Source: Octopus sinensis
Taxonomy: Eukaryota
Assembly (NCBI RefSeq): GCF_006345805.1
Contig: NC_043011.1
Location: forward strand, 15,388,464-15,452,463
Reading direction: 5' to 3'
Length of the DNA stretch: 64,000 nucleotides
Made by a program: the position numbers and the translations under genes. Shown here piece by piece: positions 1 to 12,124 of this stretch. The notes under the pieces are model-generated. The model was not told the DNA's origin and ran no database searches. It worked only from the letters and a program-made list of their open reading frames with translations. The stretch's first letter is position 1. The number at the start of each line of letters is the position of its first letter.

Positions 1-745
1 GGCAACAGGGTGGCAGCGGTGAAGCTGCGAAAAGGTGTCGGAATGCGGCGGCGATTCATGCAGCCGACTTTTCCACCCTACACTCTTCACGAATGTCGGA
101 GACACTATGAAATGCGACAGTCATCATCAGCATAGTTATTCCCCCGCAGCTGATCCGTATTCGTGAGCTACCACGAACCCCGGGGAATCCAGGAACGAAA
201 GCAAAACAACGAGCACGTACGCGCTCACGTCTACGTGGGCGATGACGGCAGTGAGTGCGACGGCAAACACAAGTGCGAGTGCAACTGTCATCACGACTGC
301 CTGCACAGTGACGGGCACGACCAAAGACATGGGCACGGACACGGACACATCCATGAGCAGGGCGGCGAGTATTGCTATGAGCACCGCGCCCGGCGAGGAG
401 TGCATAACACACGGACACACGCACACTGAATCCGGCAATCGATATGCTGGTCGGGGATAGCGAGGTGCCGGCGATGAGCTGCTGGGCATCTGTTGCCAGA
501 AGGACGGTTGCGGCAAAGCTCGGAGCAGATGCAGGAACCGGACACTAGTACGGCCATGAGCACGCTGCTGGTGAGAAACGTCTAACACACAGACACGCAC
601 ACTCGATCTAGATCCAGCAACCGATGCGTAGCCAGGAATAGCGACGTGCCGGCTGCGGACGGCCTGCCGCTCGCCGCTGGCTGCAGCTCGCCGCTGGCTG
701 CAGCTCGCCGCCGGCTGCAGCCACATAGCGGTGAAGTGCGAGAAA
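1..745. other. GC/CpG-rich block of unknown origin with internal repeats
   Basis: Visibly about 60% GC against an AT-rich background. Contains a diverged ~100-bp duplication (377-472 vs 556-653), 3x17-bp CTCGCCGCTGGCTGCAG (670-720) and an imperfect direct repeat AGCGGTGAAG(C)TGCGA at 15-33 and 727-745. No recognisable protein. Confidence 0.5.
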
Positions 746-801
746 TTATACGAAATTTTATCTGCTATTTACTAAAAATAAGCAGAGGTTGAACAACTGC
801 T

Positions 802-1027
802 TTATCTATCGATACAGTCTCCTTTATTTTCGAAGAACTTCTTCCAGCGGTTCACAAACTCGCTTATTCCATCGGAGAAGAAGGTTTTCGGCTGGTTGCG
901 CAGCTTTTATGCACTGCTTCCTGCGGTTCTTCGCTCGAAGCAAATCGACGCCCTTGTAAAAAAATGTTTGAGAAGGCTAAAGAATTGATAATCAGAAGAG
1001 GCGAGATGTGGACTGTATGACCTGGGC
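802..1027 (-). pseudogene. mariner transposase C-terminal relic
   Basis: Minus strand reads YSPHLASSDYQFFSLLKHFLQGRRFASSEEPQEAVHK, then after a frameshift LRNQPKTFFSDGISEFVNRWKKFFENKGDCIDR*. This matches the mariner YSPDLAPSD motif and C-terminus. Confidence 0.85.
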
Positions 1028-1029
1028 AA

Positions 1030-1159
1030 GATGAGTCCAAACAACTAGAGACTTAATTTTATCGGTTTCTTTTTGTCGAACCGCTAAGTTACGAGGACGT
1101 AAACAAACCAATATCAGTTCTTAATCGGCGACGGGAGGGACAAATACACACCCCAACAC

Positions 1160-1204
<45 letters not shown>

Positions 1205-1376
1205 ATATATATATACGGTAGGTTTTTTTAGTTTCCGTTAACTAAATCTCACAAGGCTTTGTTCGGCGGCCTGAGGTTATAGTGGAAGACACTTGCGCAA
1301 TATACCACGCAGTGGAACTGAACCCGGAACCATATGGTTTGGAAGTAACCTTCTTACCACACAGACACGCCTGCGC
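1030..1376 (-). mobile_element. SINE family A (tRNA head + CORE-like + internal microsatellite), degraded
   Basis: Reverse complement of the family A pattern seen at 7770 and 18341, with internal (TA)n. Confidence 0.8.
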
Positions 1377-2212
1377 GTAATATGCATGGACCACGCCCCC
1401 CAGACTTATACATATGAATATCAAAACTCCGTTTAAATTGTCTCAAATAATTCATATATATAAATACAAGAACAAATATAAATGAGTTTATACAGTTCAT
1501 ATATAGGTGTGAACACGAAGTACCTAATAATAAATATAAAGTAAGTAGGTCGTAAACATTGTAATTCACTCTGTTGATAGAATTAACTATGAATGTAAAT
1601 AAGAAATTTATTAATAGATGTTGAATGTAGCTGGAAGGCTGTATTATATTAAGAACATACGAATTACTTTCTATAAACTTTGCCACCATATTTAGACTAA
1701 TTCGTCAAGAAGTAATTCAAATCTAAACAACTATTTGTAAAGAATTTATTTTATGTACTTTAAAGTAAAAATGTGCAAAATGAATAAAAAGAAGAAATGA
1801 AACAACAATAATAATAACAATAGCAACAAAATAATATTCATTTTATAAAGCTTTGTAGTCTCAATAGAATATAGTTTTGGCCACTATTTCTCAGTCTTCT
1901 GTCACTAGCACGTAAAAGCCTCACACTTACTCTTCACAATTTCCAATATTTCTTCTCAGTGTGTGAAAACTTCAGCAAGTGAATTTCTATCATAGATTCG
2001 TTTCAATTGGTGGGCAGTGCCAACACAAGCCTTTCTAAATTAGCCTTTACTAAACTTTATTACGAAATTCTCTAGAAAAAAATTTTAAAAGCCAATCTTT
2101 GAATATACATTCTCTAGAAATGTATGTTTCTGAAACAGACATTTTACGTTATATTACTATTTCAGACAGTCATATAACTAACAATAATATTCGTATTATA
2201 CAAGCTCTCAAA

Positions 2213-2442
2213 GGCGGCGAGCTGGCAGAAAAGTTAGCACGCCGAGCGAACTCCGTAGCCGTATTTCGTCTGCCGTTACGTTCTGGGTTCAAATTCCGCC
2301 GAGGTCGACTTTGCCTTTCATCCTTTCAGAGTCGATAAATTAAGTACCAGTTACGCACTGGGGTCGATGTAATCGACTTAATCCGTTTGTCTGTCGTTGG
2401 TTGTCCCCTCTGTGTTTAGCCCCTTGTGGGTAGTAAAGAAAT
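2213..2442 (+). mobile_element. SINE family B1, full length, with TSD
   Basis: Head GGCGGCGAGCTGGCAG, B-box GGTTCAAATTCC, body GCCTTTCATCCTTTC..GTCGATAAATTAAGTACCAG, tail TGTGGGTAGTAAAGAAATA. TSD ATATTCGTATTATACAAGCT at 2187-2206 and 2443-2462. Confidence 0.92.
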
Positions 2443-4131
2443 ATATTCGTATTATACAAGCTGTCAGATAAATTATATTAAATATAGTTAAAATGTACCG
2501 TTTGTATTGATAACGCAGCGGCGGGAATTCCAGTCTCGCCGGGTATGTACTGTACAAGAACTGTTACCTTTCACATATGTTGGGTGATGTAGTCTACTAT
2601 ATACACCTGGAGAGAATTACCAATTAAGTCATATAATAAAGCACGAGCAGGTTCTTTAAAGCTCCGGTTAATCAAATTTGTTTCCCAACTGAGCTATTCA
2701 TTCCACTTATTAATGAGTGAGATTTTCCGCTTGCAGAGAATAACTGAGAATAACTGCCTGAGTCTCTGAATATGTTGCCTGGAAGATTGCAGAGTGTGAA
2801 ACTCCAATGGAAGTATAAAGTTTAAACGATCAATGAATAGACTATATCGAGTTCAACATCTTTTTTACATATACTTGATTATGCTTATTGATATGATATT
2901 GCATGTTTTCATCTATGTACATATTATATGTGTGTGCATGTGCGTTTTTGTATGTGCTTGTGAACCATATATGTGCAAAAACAGAAACCCTGTCTAAATA
3001 TATATACATATATAGTATAGTCAATAATAGCCTCAATCAAACAACACACGCACACACACATGCATAAGTATGTGTGAGTATGTTGTGTATGCGTATATAT
3101 GTGTGCTAGTATGTTGTGTGTTTTGCGAGTGTGTGTATGTTTGTAACTATGAGGGTATATTCTTATGTGTATGGTTGTATCTGTATTCATATAGAAATAT
3201 TTCCGGACTTTTGTCGTTTGCTTTTACTGTAACAACCATGCAACTGACAAGGTATATCAAGGAAAAGGTTTATTCAACAAAATGAATTTATAGACGGAAA
3301 TTGGTTTGATAGAACATATTGTTGGAATAGAATCGTTGAGAGGAACACCAGGACCGGAAATATCGTGCAGATAGCCAGTTTACAAATTAAACAGGATGAA
3401 GAAAAACGTTGCTGAAATGATAAAATTATTAGCGTGAAGTCTAATTGTTTGGCTCCGGACAAACTAAATTAATTCTTTTCTTGTAGCGAAGAGTGCTTAA
3501 TTTGATTCGGTTAGCATGAAGTTGGTGCAATAAAAATATTTAGAGATTTGTCGTTCACTGTTTCCAATTGATACATTAATCAAAGTATTGAACCTTTGTC
3601 ATATAAAATACCACAGCGCGTTTGCTCTATTTGACTGTGAGCGCTCAAAGTGTTACAAAAGATCTTATCAATTCAACGTAATGTAAATCTATGCAACTTA
3701 AGATTTTCTGCTTATAAAATCTTTCACATTAATTGCCGACACTTGTGTTAATAACAGGAGTGATATAGAATATCTTGAAAGCTATATGCTTTCAAGATAC
3801 ATTATTTTTCTGTTCATATTCATTAACAAATTTTAACTGACTATGAATTCCGTTGACAAAATAGCAGAAAACAATATTGTCTGGTAATTAAAAAGCCATT
3901 ATGTTGGCGTTTCATATTTAGCTACAACATAAGACGCCGGCGACATTATCTCTGGATAATGCTTGTTATTATATTGTAGGTACAGCAAGGTATTCCTTTA
4001 GCAAGCGACTAACCATTTACCTTAAAGTTAAATTACATTCTATATTATCTAATATGTATATTGTTATTGTGGAAAATTTCTGACTGGGGAATGTTGGTGC
4101 TGCAACATGCAGTTACTTTCGGAGTAAGAGA

Positions 4132-4166
<35 letters not shown>

Positions 4167-4484
4167 GGAAGAGAGAGAGGGAAGAGAGAGACAGAGAGAG
4201 AGAGAGATAATTTCTTTATTCACCATAAGGTTGAGAAAAAGAGGGGACAGTACGGGGACAGACAAAACAAACGTTGGGGTCAGGGTATCGAATGAGACGA
4301 AATGTATGAATAAACAAACAATTAAAATATATACAATTAAATGAGAATGAGTGATTAACAAAAAATGAAGCGGAGGACGCGGTTGACGCCACAAACCACA
4401 TACTCACACTGAAGACTTTGCTTTCTTCTTTTTTACATTCTCAGAGAGAGAGAGAGAGAGAGGGGGGTGAGGGAGAGAGAGGGA

Positions 4485-4515
<31 letters not shown>

Positions 4516-5403
4516 CATACTAAGAAATAGAAGAGAGGATGAAGATTCCGTATAAGTGGGGATAACCGCTTCAGGGTTTATAATTTTTATTTTTGAATTA
4601 TTATGAGAGACCTTTTTCTTATGAATGAGAGAGCACGTGATATAATATTTCTATACAATCCATTTTCTTTTCTTTTTAAATGTCCTAAATATTTTGCTAT
4701 ATTGCTTAAAAATAATTATGCATGAAAATAAGAAGATTGGTTGACATTAGGGGTAACTCAATCTATAACTGAGTAGAAATGGTCAGTAAATAAGGAAAAA
4801 TAAAGGATCTTATCTCCTTCGTTCTCTGTAAATTCCTCTTCGTATTTAGACGAATCTCTGTACTATGCGAAATAGCATGCATTTAAGGAACTTACAGTGA
4901 ATTCTTACAGTGGATGTGTCAATTATTCTTCGATCACAGATCCACATTCCAGCCGAAGTCGCGTAAAATTTTTTAAAGGTTTGTGCTAATAGACTGTGAT
5001 ATTTTGCCTTGCCTTGAATGTTATTTCTGATAAGAATTATAGTGCGAAGCAGACTTAAGTTCATCCGGCTCTTGATCAATGTATATTTTCAATTACTCAT
5101 GGTTTCCAAAATGAGGATAAAATACAATGGAGACATAAAGAAAAGTAAACGTTGGTGTTGACAAGATCCATAAACTGCCGAAAATGGTTATTTTCGTGGT
5201 GTTGTGAGTGTGAGATTGTTCAATGAGTGCAAGAAATATCTGTGAGTATATCCTGATTACGAATCAACAAGACGACATATTCCTCACTGTAATGATATTC
5301 GAGTGTGCAATCACTTTCTCACCTTCCATCGTCAGGTGCATCAACTGTTTATCTAACTTGTAGTCGTCTTTCACCGGGTTGACCTACAATATTCATCTTT
5401 TAC

Positions 5404-5616
5404 CTTTTACTCGCTTCAGTCATTAGCTTGCGGCCGTGCTGGAGTACCAACTTGGAGAATTTTTAGTCGAATTAATCGACCCCAGTATCTTCCTTTCTTT
5501 TATAGCCTGACGCTTATTCTGCCGCTTTTTCCCTGAATGGCTACGTTACGGAGACGTAAACACACCCACATTGGTCGTCAAGCGGTGATAGGGACAAACC
5601 TAGACATAAATACACA

Positions 5617-5655
<39 letters not shown>

Positions 5656-5812
5656 ATATATATATATATATATGTTTCCATCTACCAAATTCACTCAAAA
5701 GACTTTGGTCGGCCCGATGCTACAGCAGAAGACACTTACTTGCGGTGTCACGCAGTAGAACTGAACTAGAAACCCTGTGGTTGGGAAGCAAACTTTTTAT
5801 CACACAACCAGC
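5404..5812 (-). mobile_element. SINE family A, degraded
   Basis: Reverse tail CTTTTACTCGCTTCAGTCATT, internal (CT)n/(TA)n, and reverse CORE and head segments. Confidence 0.8.
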
Positions 5813-5904
5813 ATTTCTGATGTTACCTCGTGTCCCTTATATCAAAATTCAGTATCTAGACTAATTATTATTTAATCTGATTTTCCATTTGAAACCAGAA
5901 CTGT

Positions 5905-6110
5905 GTGAATTGGTTTTAATGTCTAGTAGGTAAAACGGTGTTTCTTCTGACTTTACGATCTAAGTTCAAATGCTGCCGAGTTCGACTTTGCCTTTCATTC
6001 CTTCGAGGTCGATAAAAGAAGTAGTAATTGAACAATGGGGTCGATTTAGTCAATGTACCCCCTTCCACGAAATTGCTGGCCTAGTGCCAAACTTTTAAAC
6101 AAATATTTAG
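5905..6110 (+). mobile_element. SINE family B2 (alternative tail), degraded
   Basis: AAGTTCAAATGCTGCCGAGTTCGACTTTGCCTTTCATTCC body and GAAATTGCTGGCCTAGTGCCAAA tail. Confidence 0.7.
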
Positions 6111-7769
6111 TAGGCAAAACGACAATACCGAGGCTTCCACATTGACTTATCTGTACCAAAGTATTTTTCGAGTATACCTCAAACAGCACCAGAAATTTTC
6201 CTTTAGTTTTCATTACAGTTTTGATTCTCCTTTTTCGTTGCTTGAGGAAAGGAGAAAAAATATCTACCTTTGATGGACTAGCATTTATCCTGTTCAGGAT
6301 TTAAATGGTTACCTGAATTATGTCAGCGTTTCTTCTGAATGTGATGAATTAGATCTTGCCAAAGGAAATAAAAGCAAGTAAAGGAAACTTGTCATGTGCC
6401 ATTTTCGTGATTAAGAAAGAATTATATGCAAGTTGGTTGAAGCAGAGTGACATGATTACCAGTATGGAATGAGAATGACAACAGGTATTTAAACATGTAG
6501 ATATAGAAAATAAAAGTCATCACAATGTCCTGTCAAATGATAATATAAATATCAATATACCCCAAGCTCTGCATGAAACAGGTAAATGCAATCTAAATTT
6601 TAAAATATCTTGTAGGATATATTTTTTCTTTCGCAAAAAATATTACTAAAAAACAACATTTCTTGAATAAACTGACTGACAGATTCAATGATTTCCCATT
6701 GTCATTTCCCTTTTTGTATTTCTAATACGTCAAATTTTAAATCCTGAAGAAATTTCAAGAAAATGCTTAATTTTCATTTCTTAATTGCAGAAGTAAATTT
6801 CCGTCTTTAAGAACAGTTTATCCTTCAGGGATTGATTCTCTAATTATGCTTCCTAATTATTAACTATACATTATATTTCAGTAAAAATAATAGCATAAAA
6901 GAAAATATTCTTTTGTTTCGTTCAAAATTCTATGATTTCGAGTTATTTACATGTTTTCTCACTTTCGATTATTACGAAACCGTTTACGGCTATTTTCATT
7001 AAAAATTCTTGAAGATTATTTCTTAATTTCTATTATAATTTATTGCATAATTTCCTTATAAATTGCTGTATCATTACATCAAAATGACTGATACAAGTGT
7101 TTTTAGTCTTATTTGTTAAATTAATAAACCTATTAGTTTTGATGTATTGTATGATAACAATAACAGCGATATACTATAATCATCGTCCTCGCCAGCAACA
7201 TCAGCAGCAGCATCGGTGATTCTAGTGATAGTAGTAGTGATATGTCTCACATTAATAGTGAGAGGACTGTAACATAATGTGGTTATTCATACCGAATTGA
7301 AGATGTTTTTCGGCAGCAACTTCGAAATAAAATTGTTTTGGCGAAGAGACTGCGAAATGCAATGCCTTCTACTATAAAGAAATCTATGCATTATAAAAAA
7401 ATATATGCATTATAAGAGCAAGATGCCATGATTTCATTGTCTGTTATCAAGCTGAGTGTAAAATATCAGATTGAGGAAGAAAATATCGAACTTCACGATT
7501 TTTCTGTGCATGGTGACAGATTTTGAAGTCGCCTACGGCATCATCAACTGTACGGTAAATAAACATTATCTTTTAAAATATAATAGCAGAAAACATTTTT
7601 CTGTAGAGGAATACTATTCACTAGAAAGACAAAAAAATTAAGCTAGTAGTTTAAGTTATTTGTTGCGCTATTAATATGTTGAATATTCCAATAAAAGCAA
7701 AGGTTCAACTTTTGTAGTTAAACGTTGACGTTGTGAAGAAATTAAAAATTCCTATAATTCCTAATTATA

Positions 7770-8180
7770 GGCGTAGCAGTGGCTCTGCGGTAAGTAGGTT
7801 GCTTACCAACCACATGGTTCCGGGTTCAGTCACACTGCGAGGCACCTTGGGCAAGTGTCTTCTACTATAGCCTCGGGCCGACCAAAGCCTTGTGAGTGGT
7901 TTTGGTAGACGGAAACTGAAAGAAGCCCGTCATATATATGCATATATGTGTATGTATGTGTGTGTATATGTTTGTGTGTCTGTATTTGTCCCCCTAGCAT
8001 TGCTTGACAACCGATGCTGATGTGTTTAGGTCCCCGTAACTTAACGGTTCGGCAAAAGAGACCGATAGAATAAGTACTAGGCTTACAAAGAATAAGTCCT
8101 GGGGTCGATTTGCTCGACTAAAGGCGGTGCTCCAGCATGGCCACAGTCACATGACTGAAACAAGTAAGGAGTAAAAGAGT
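7770..8180 (+). mobile_element. SINE family A, full length
   Basis: GGCGTAGCAGTGGCT head, B-box GGTTCAGTC, CORE-like GCACCTTGGGCAAGTGTCTT, internal (TA)/(TG) tract, tail CAGTCACATGACTGAAACAAGTAA. Confidence 0.92.
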
Positions 8181-8635
8181 AACAGTAATTGAAGTGTTGA
8201 TTATGATATTTAATGAGGTCATCAGAATCAAAATGTTAGTTGCTGGAGCTTCGAAAATTCTGGTTCGATTTCTCAAAACACACCGCTCCGAGGATGGATT
8301 CTTAGCAATGACTGAAACAGAAAACAAGAGAAAAATTCATACTACCGCCACATAATTTGAGAAAACAATAGTACCAGTAGCTGATTCCTTAAAGCTGCAG
8401 TTATTTGATAGATATAATATCAGTTTTAACATGAACTGCATTGCTGTATTGTTCCAATTTCTTGCATTCTAATTTTTAATTCGCCGATATCAAGTTTACC
8501 ATATTGACAGTGATGATGAGTAAAAGAATATTATGGATGAACCCCGCCATGCAAGCATTTTAGAAATAACAGTAAAATATTGTTAAATAGATATTAGTTG
8601 ATTACATTTTCACATTGCTGATTTATATGAATACC

Positions 8636-9019
8636 CATTTCTTTACTACCCACATGGGTCTAAACATAGAGGGGACAAACAAGGACTGACATAAGTCTTA
8701 AGTCGATTACATCGACCCCAGTGCGTAACTGGTACTTAATTTATCGACCCCGAAAGGATGAAAGGCAACGTAACGGCAGACAAAAAACCAATTTCTTTAC
8801 TACCCACAAGGGGCTAAACATAGACGGGACAAACAAGGACTGAAAACAGATTAAGTCGATTATATCGACATCAGTGCGTAACTGGTACTTATTTAATCGA
8901 CCCCGAAAGGATGAAAGGCGAAGTCGACCTCGGCGGAATTTGAACCCAGAACGTAACGGCAGACGAAATACCGCTAAGCATTTCGCCCGGCGTGCTAACG
9001 TTTCTGCCAGCTCGCCGTC
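8636..9019 (-). mobile_element. SINE B1 tandem dimer (full unit + 5'-truncated unit)
   Basis: Two B1 bodies. Junction at 8767-8798. Probable TSD TTATAT(G/A)AATACC at 8623-8635 and 9024-9036. Confidence 0.88.
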
Positions 9020-10218
9020 TTTCTTATATAAATACCTTTAATTGCTTAGCATATGGAAGCACTTCTGATGATAGTTTATGGAAACCAAATTATTTCATTC
9101 AATTATGTGGAAAGTAGCTCTAGTAGCAAAGAATACAAATGGGATTTAATATCTAAAGAATTAATTATAATAAAAATGTCTTACAAGTATGTATAATATT
9201 GATTTAAATTTTGGCACAAGCTTCATTTATTTACCATAGTTCTGTCATAGTTTGCAACTTCTTTGACTTTTCTTCTCTTTAAAGAATTAATACATTTTGC
9301 ACTCATTTCAAAATTAGTTTAAACCTTTCCGTTTTTGTTTTAAATAGTTTTCACACTCTTGTATACTCATATTATTCACACTTCTACATTGCTATGACCA
9401 TCCCATGACACTTATCATCTTCACTCGCTCAAACCTGCATCCTCTCTCAACTTATGTACACACTTTTACACCACCAAATAAACGATTACACTTACGCACC
9501 AACACCCAATCTTAAATCCAAATTAACGAACGCCATGTACCTTCACAGTTGTGTACTGTTATATAAATACTTACTTCGTACTAACACAAACACCGTCAAT
9601 TCTTATGACTGCATTCTGACATACTTTTATATTTCCATCTATACACGGACCCTCGTTTCTTAGTTAGTTTCGCCACCACAAAACTGAATTTCCAGCTGGT
9701 TTATAACCAACCCTCAGTTTTTCCCTATTTCTCTTGCTCACTCTCCTACTCCTTTCTCCTTTTTTCTTCTGATGGGTGTAACATTCGAAACATTAGAACT
9801 TTTTTCTTTCCGTTAAAGAGTTAACTTCAGACTTTAATTGTCGAACTTTGTTCTTCTTTTCTTGTCCTTTTAAAGTGAGTCTCTTATACATTAACTACAT
9901 ATATACATTTATGAAATATAGCAATATCTACACACACACACACACACACACATACACGTGTGTTTAAATGCATATACACATATATATACACACATATATA
10001 TTATATATATGCATGTATGTATGTATATATAAATAGATGAATATTTACTGTTGGGAATAAACTTAAATTTAGATACCCTGCTAGTTTTATGGACGGTTCC
10101 AATAATTTGTATTCTACTCTCAGATATGCGTGTAATCTTGATTTATATCTACCATAATGTATGTGCGGAACCTCAATTTCAGAGAAGCAGTTTATGAGAC
10201 TGACAGACACAGGTATAT

Positions 10219-10285
<67 letters not shown>

Positions 10286-11348
10286 GTATACATACATACG
10301 TACATATATACGTATGTATGTATGTATGTATGTATGTATGTATGTATACATATCCAGACAAATTCATTGGTGACAAGTTTATTTTCCTAAAATGAAGAAT
10401 GAACTGTTATGGGATAATATTTACAATTTATTGTATGAATTGTTGCATATATTTTATTGGATTTAGATTTAAATAATCGACAAAAAAAAAGTGACATATT
10501 AATGGGAAATATTTTATATCTGTGAATAATAATAATTCTTACATAAAATATCGGCAAACGTTAAAAAATATAATTTATATATTAAGAATGGGATTATTCA
10601 GTATTACATATACATTCTCCTTCAGCAAATTTCAATTATATCAAAAAACGTTTTAGTTTAATAGTTCATTGGAAATATCATTTTCAGCATAATAAATATC
10701 AAAGTAATATGGGTGAAATATTCAAAGCCCATAGTGATATTCGTTGAAATTTCTGACTATTCTATATGTGATAATCTTTCTATTTAGGCACTCTTTTATG
10801 AGAAAAGGCGCCGAATTGAGCATTAGCTTTATGAATCCTATTATATATTGAAATTTATCTGTGTACCATAAAAGCACGTGACAGAAAATGTAATATATAT
10901 ATTTTTTCTGTAAGCGCAACTTGTAGTTTCTGTAGCGAATCTTATTGTTTACGGTGTATAACTTGGGTGCTAAATTCTTTTCAGTTTAAATTATTCCGTA
11001 AATTGTAGCACACATGAATATCAAATCAATTATTCATGCACAAAATTTGACTTTTCTTATCGAAGAAAGGATCTCTATATATTTTAACTTCATTTTATAC
11101 TTCGATAAGATTTCGTTTTTATCAACAATAGTGACTTTATCGATGAAAGAACAAACAGCAAAACAAAACGAGTGAATAAATCAGAGAGTAAGAGAGACAG
11201 AGAGAAACAAAGACAGGGGGGAGGGGAAACGAAGAAAAGTAAAAATATATGAAGGAAAGATATATAAGGAAAGAGTGTGAGAAAGAGTAAGAAAGAGATA
11301 TAATATGATAGCGGACTAGTCACAGAAACATTTTGCCAAAAAGTTAAG

Positions 11349-11421
<73 letters not shown>

Positions 11422-11982
11422 CAAATGAGGATTCATATTCTTTCCAAAATTTGTTTTGAGTATTTTTCAGTTTAAGACGTGATCTGTAACAACTTGGCAA
11501 GATATGCAGTGGAATTAAACATTTCACGGGGTTTTTTTTTCCTATTTATTTTCTGCTTCAATGGTTTCAGTGACATCTTTCTAATTTTTACAGCTCAAAA
11601 GAGAGGTGAAGGCAATTAAGTTTTGAATTAATACCAAAACTGGAACTTGTCAGGAGAGACGTCATCAGTTTCACTGCAGTGCATTAGAAACTGAAAACAG
11701 TTTTGAAAACATTCATGTTATCATAATGTAGGGGTGTTAGGGAGAGGAGTGTGTTAAACACAGAAAAATATGTCTGTTTGCTAATTACTTCTTGTAGTTT
11801 GACCGATTGGTGAAAGGAAAGAATTCCATAGAACGTTGGACAAAATGTCTTTTGACATTTCCTGTACGTTATGAGTTCGCATTCAATCCGCTTTAAGTTT
11901 CCTTATCATTCCAGGGACCAATGAAATAAATGCATGCTAAATACTGAGTTTAAGTTGACCGAAAGTCATTTCCCGTGAACGG

Positions 11983-12124
11983 GACAATGTTGCTACATTC
12001 GGAAGGGAATCGTCTTTGTCAGAATGTTATTGCGTTTATGTTCTGTTTCGGTTCTGCATGTACTTAGTTCAGCTCGCATTTAGTGAAAGATTAGGAAAAT
12101 TCTGAAGTGAGCGCCGAAGTATAT
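11983..12124 (+). repeat. unclassified dispersed repeat, copy 1
   Basis: GACAATGTTGCTACATTCGGAAGGGAATCGTCTTTGTCAGAATGTTAT...CCGAAGTATA; a second copy is at 14373-14486. Confidence 0.8.

Noticed and set aside
163-429. His/Cys-rich 88-aa ORF as a metal-binding protein
   Set aside because: It starts at GTG, has no splice or family evidence, and the composition is equally explained as an alternative frame of a Thr/Ala-type pattern. Kept only within the GC-block finding.
4850-4978. 129-nt phase 1-1 exon-like segment with a strong acceptor; a TAG could be recoded by A-to-I editing
   Set aside because: It has an in-frame stop, a weak donor and no recognisable peptide; the editing rescue has no evidence.
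5325-5350. CTGACGA..GAAAG on the minus strand as a hammerhead
   Set aside because: No stem II or stem I pairing.
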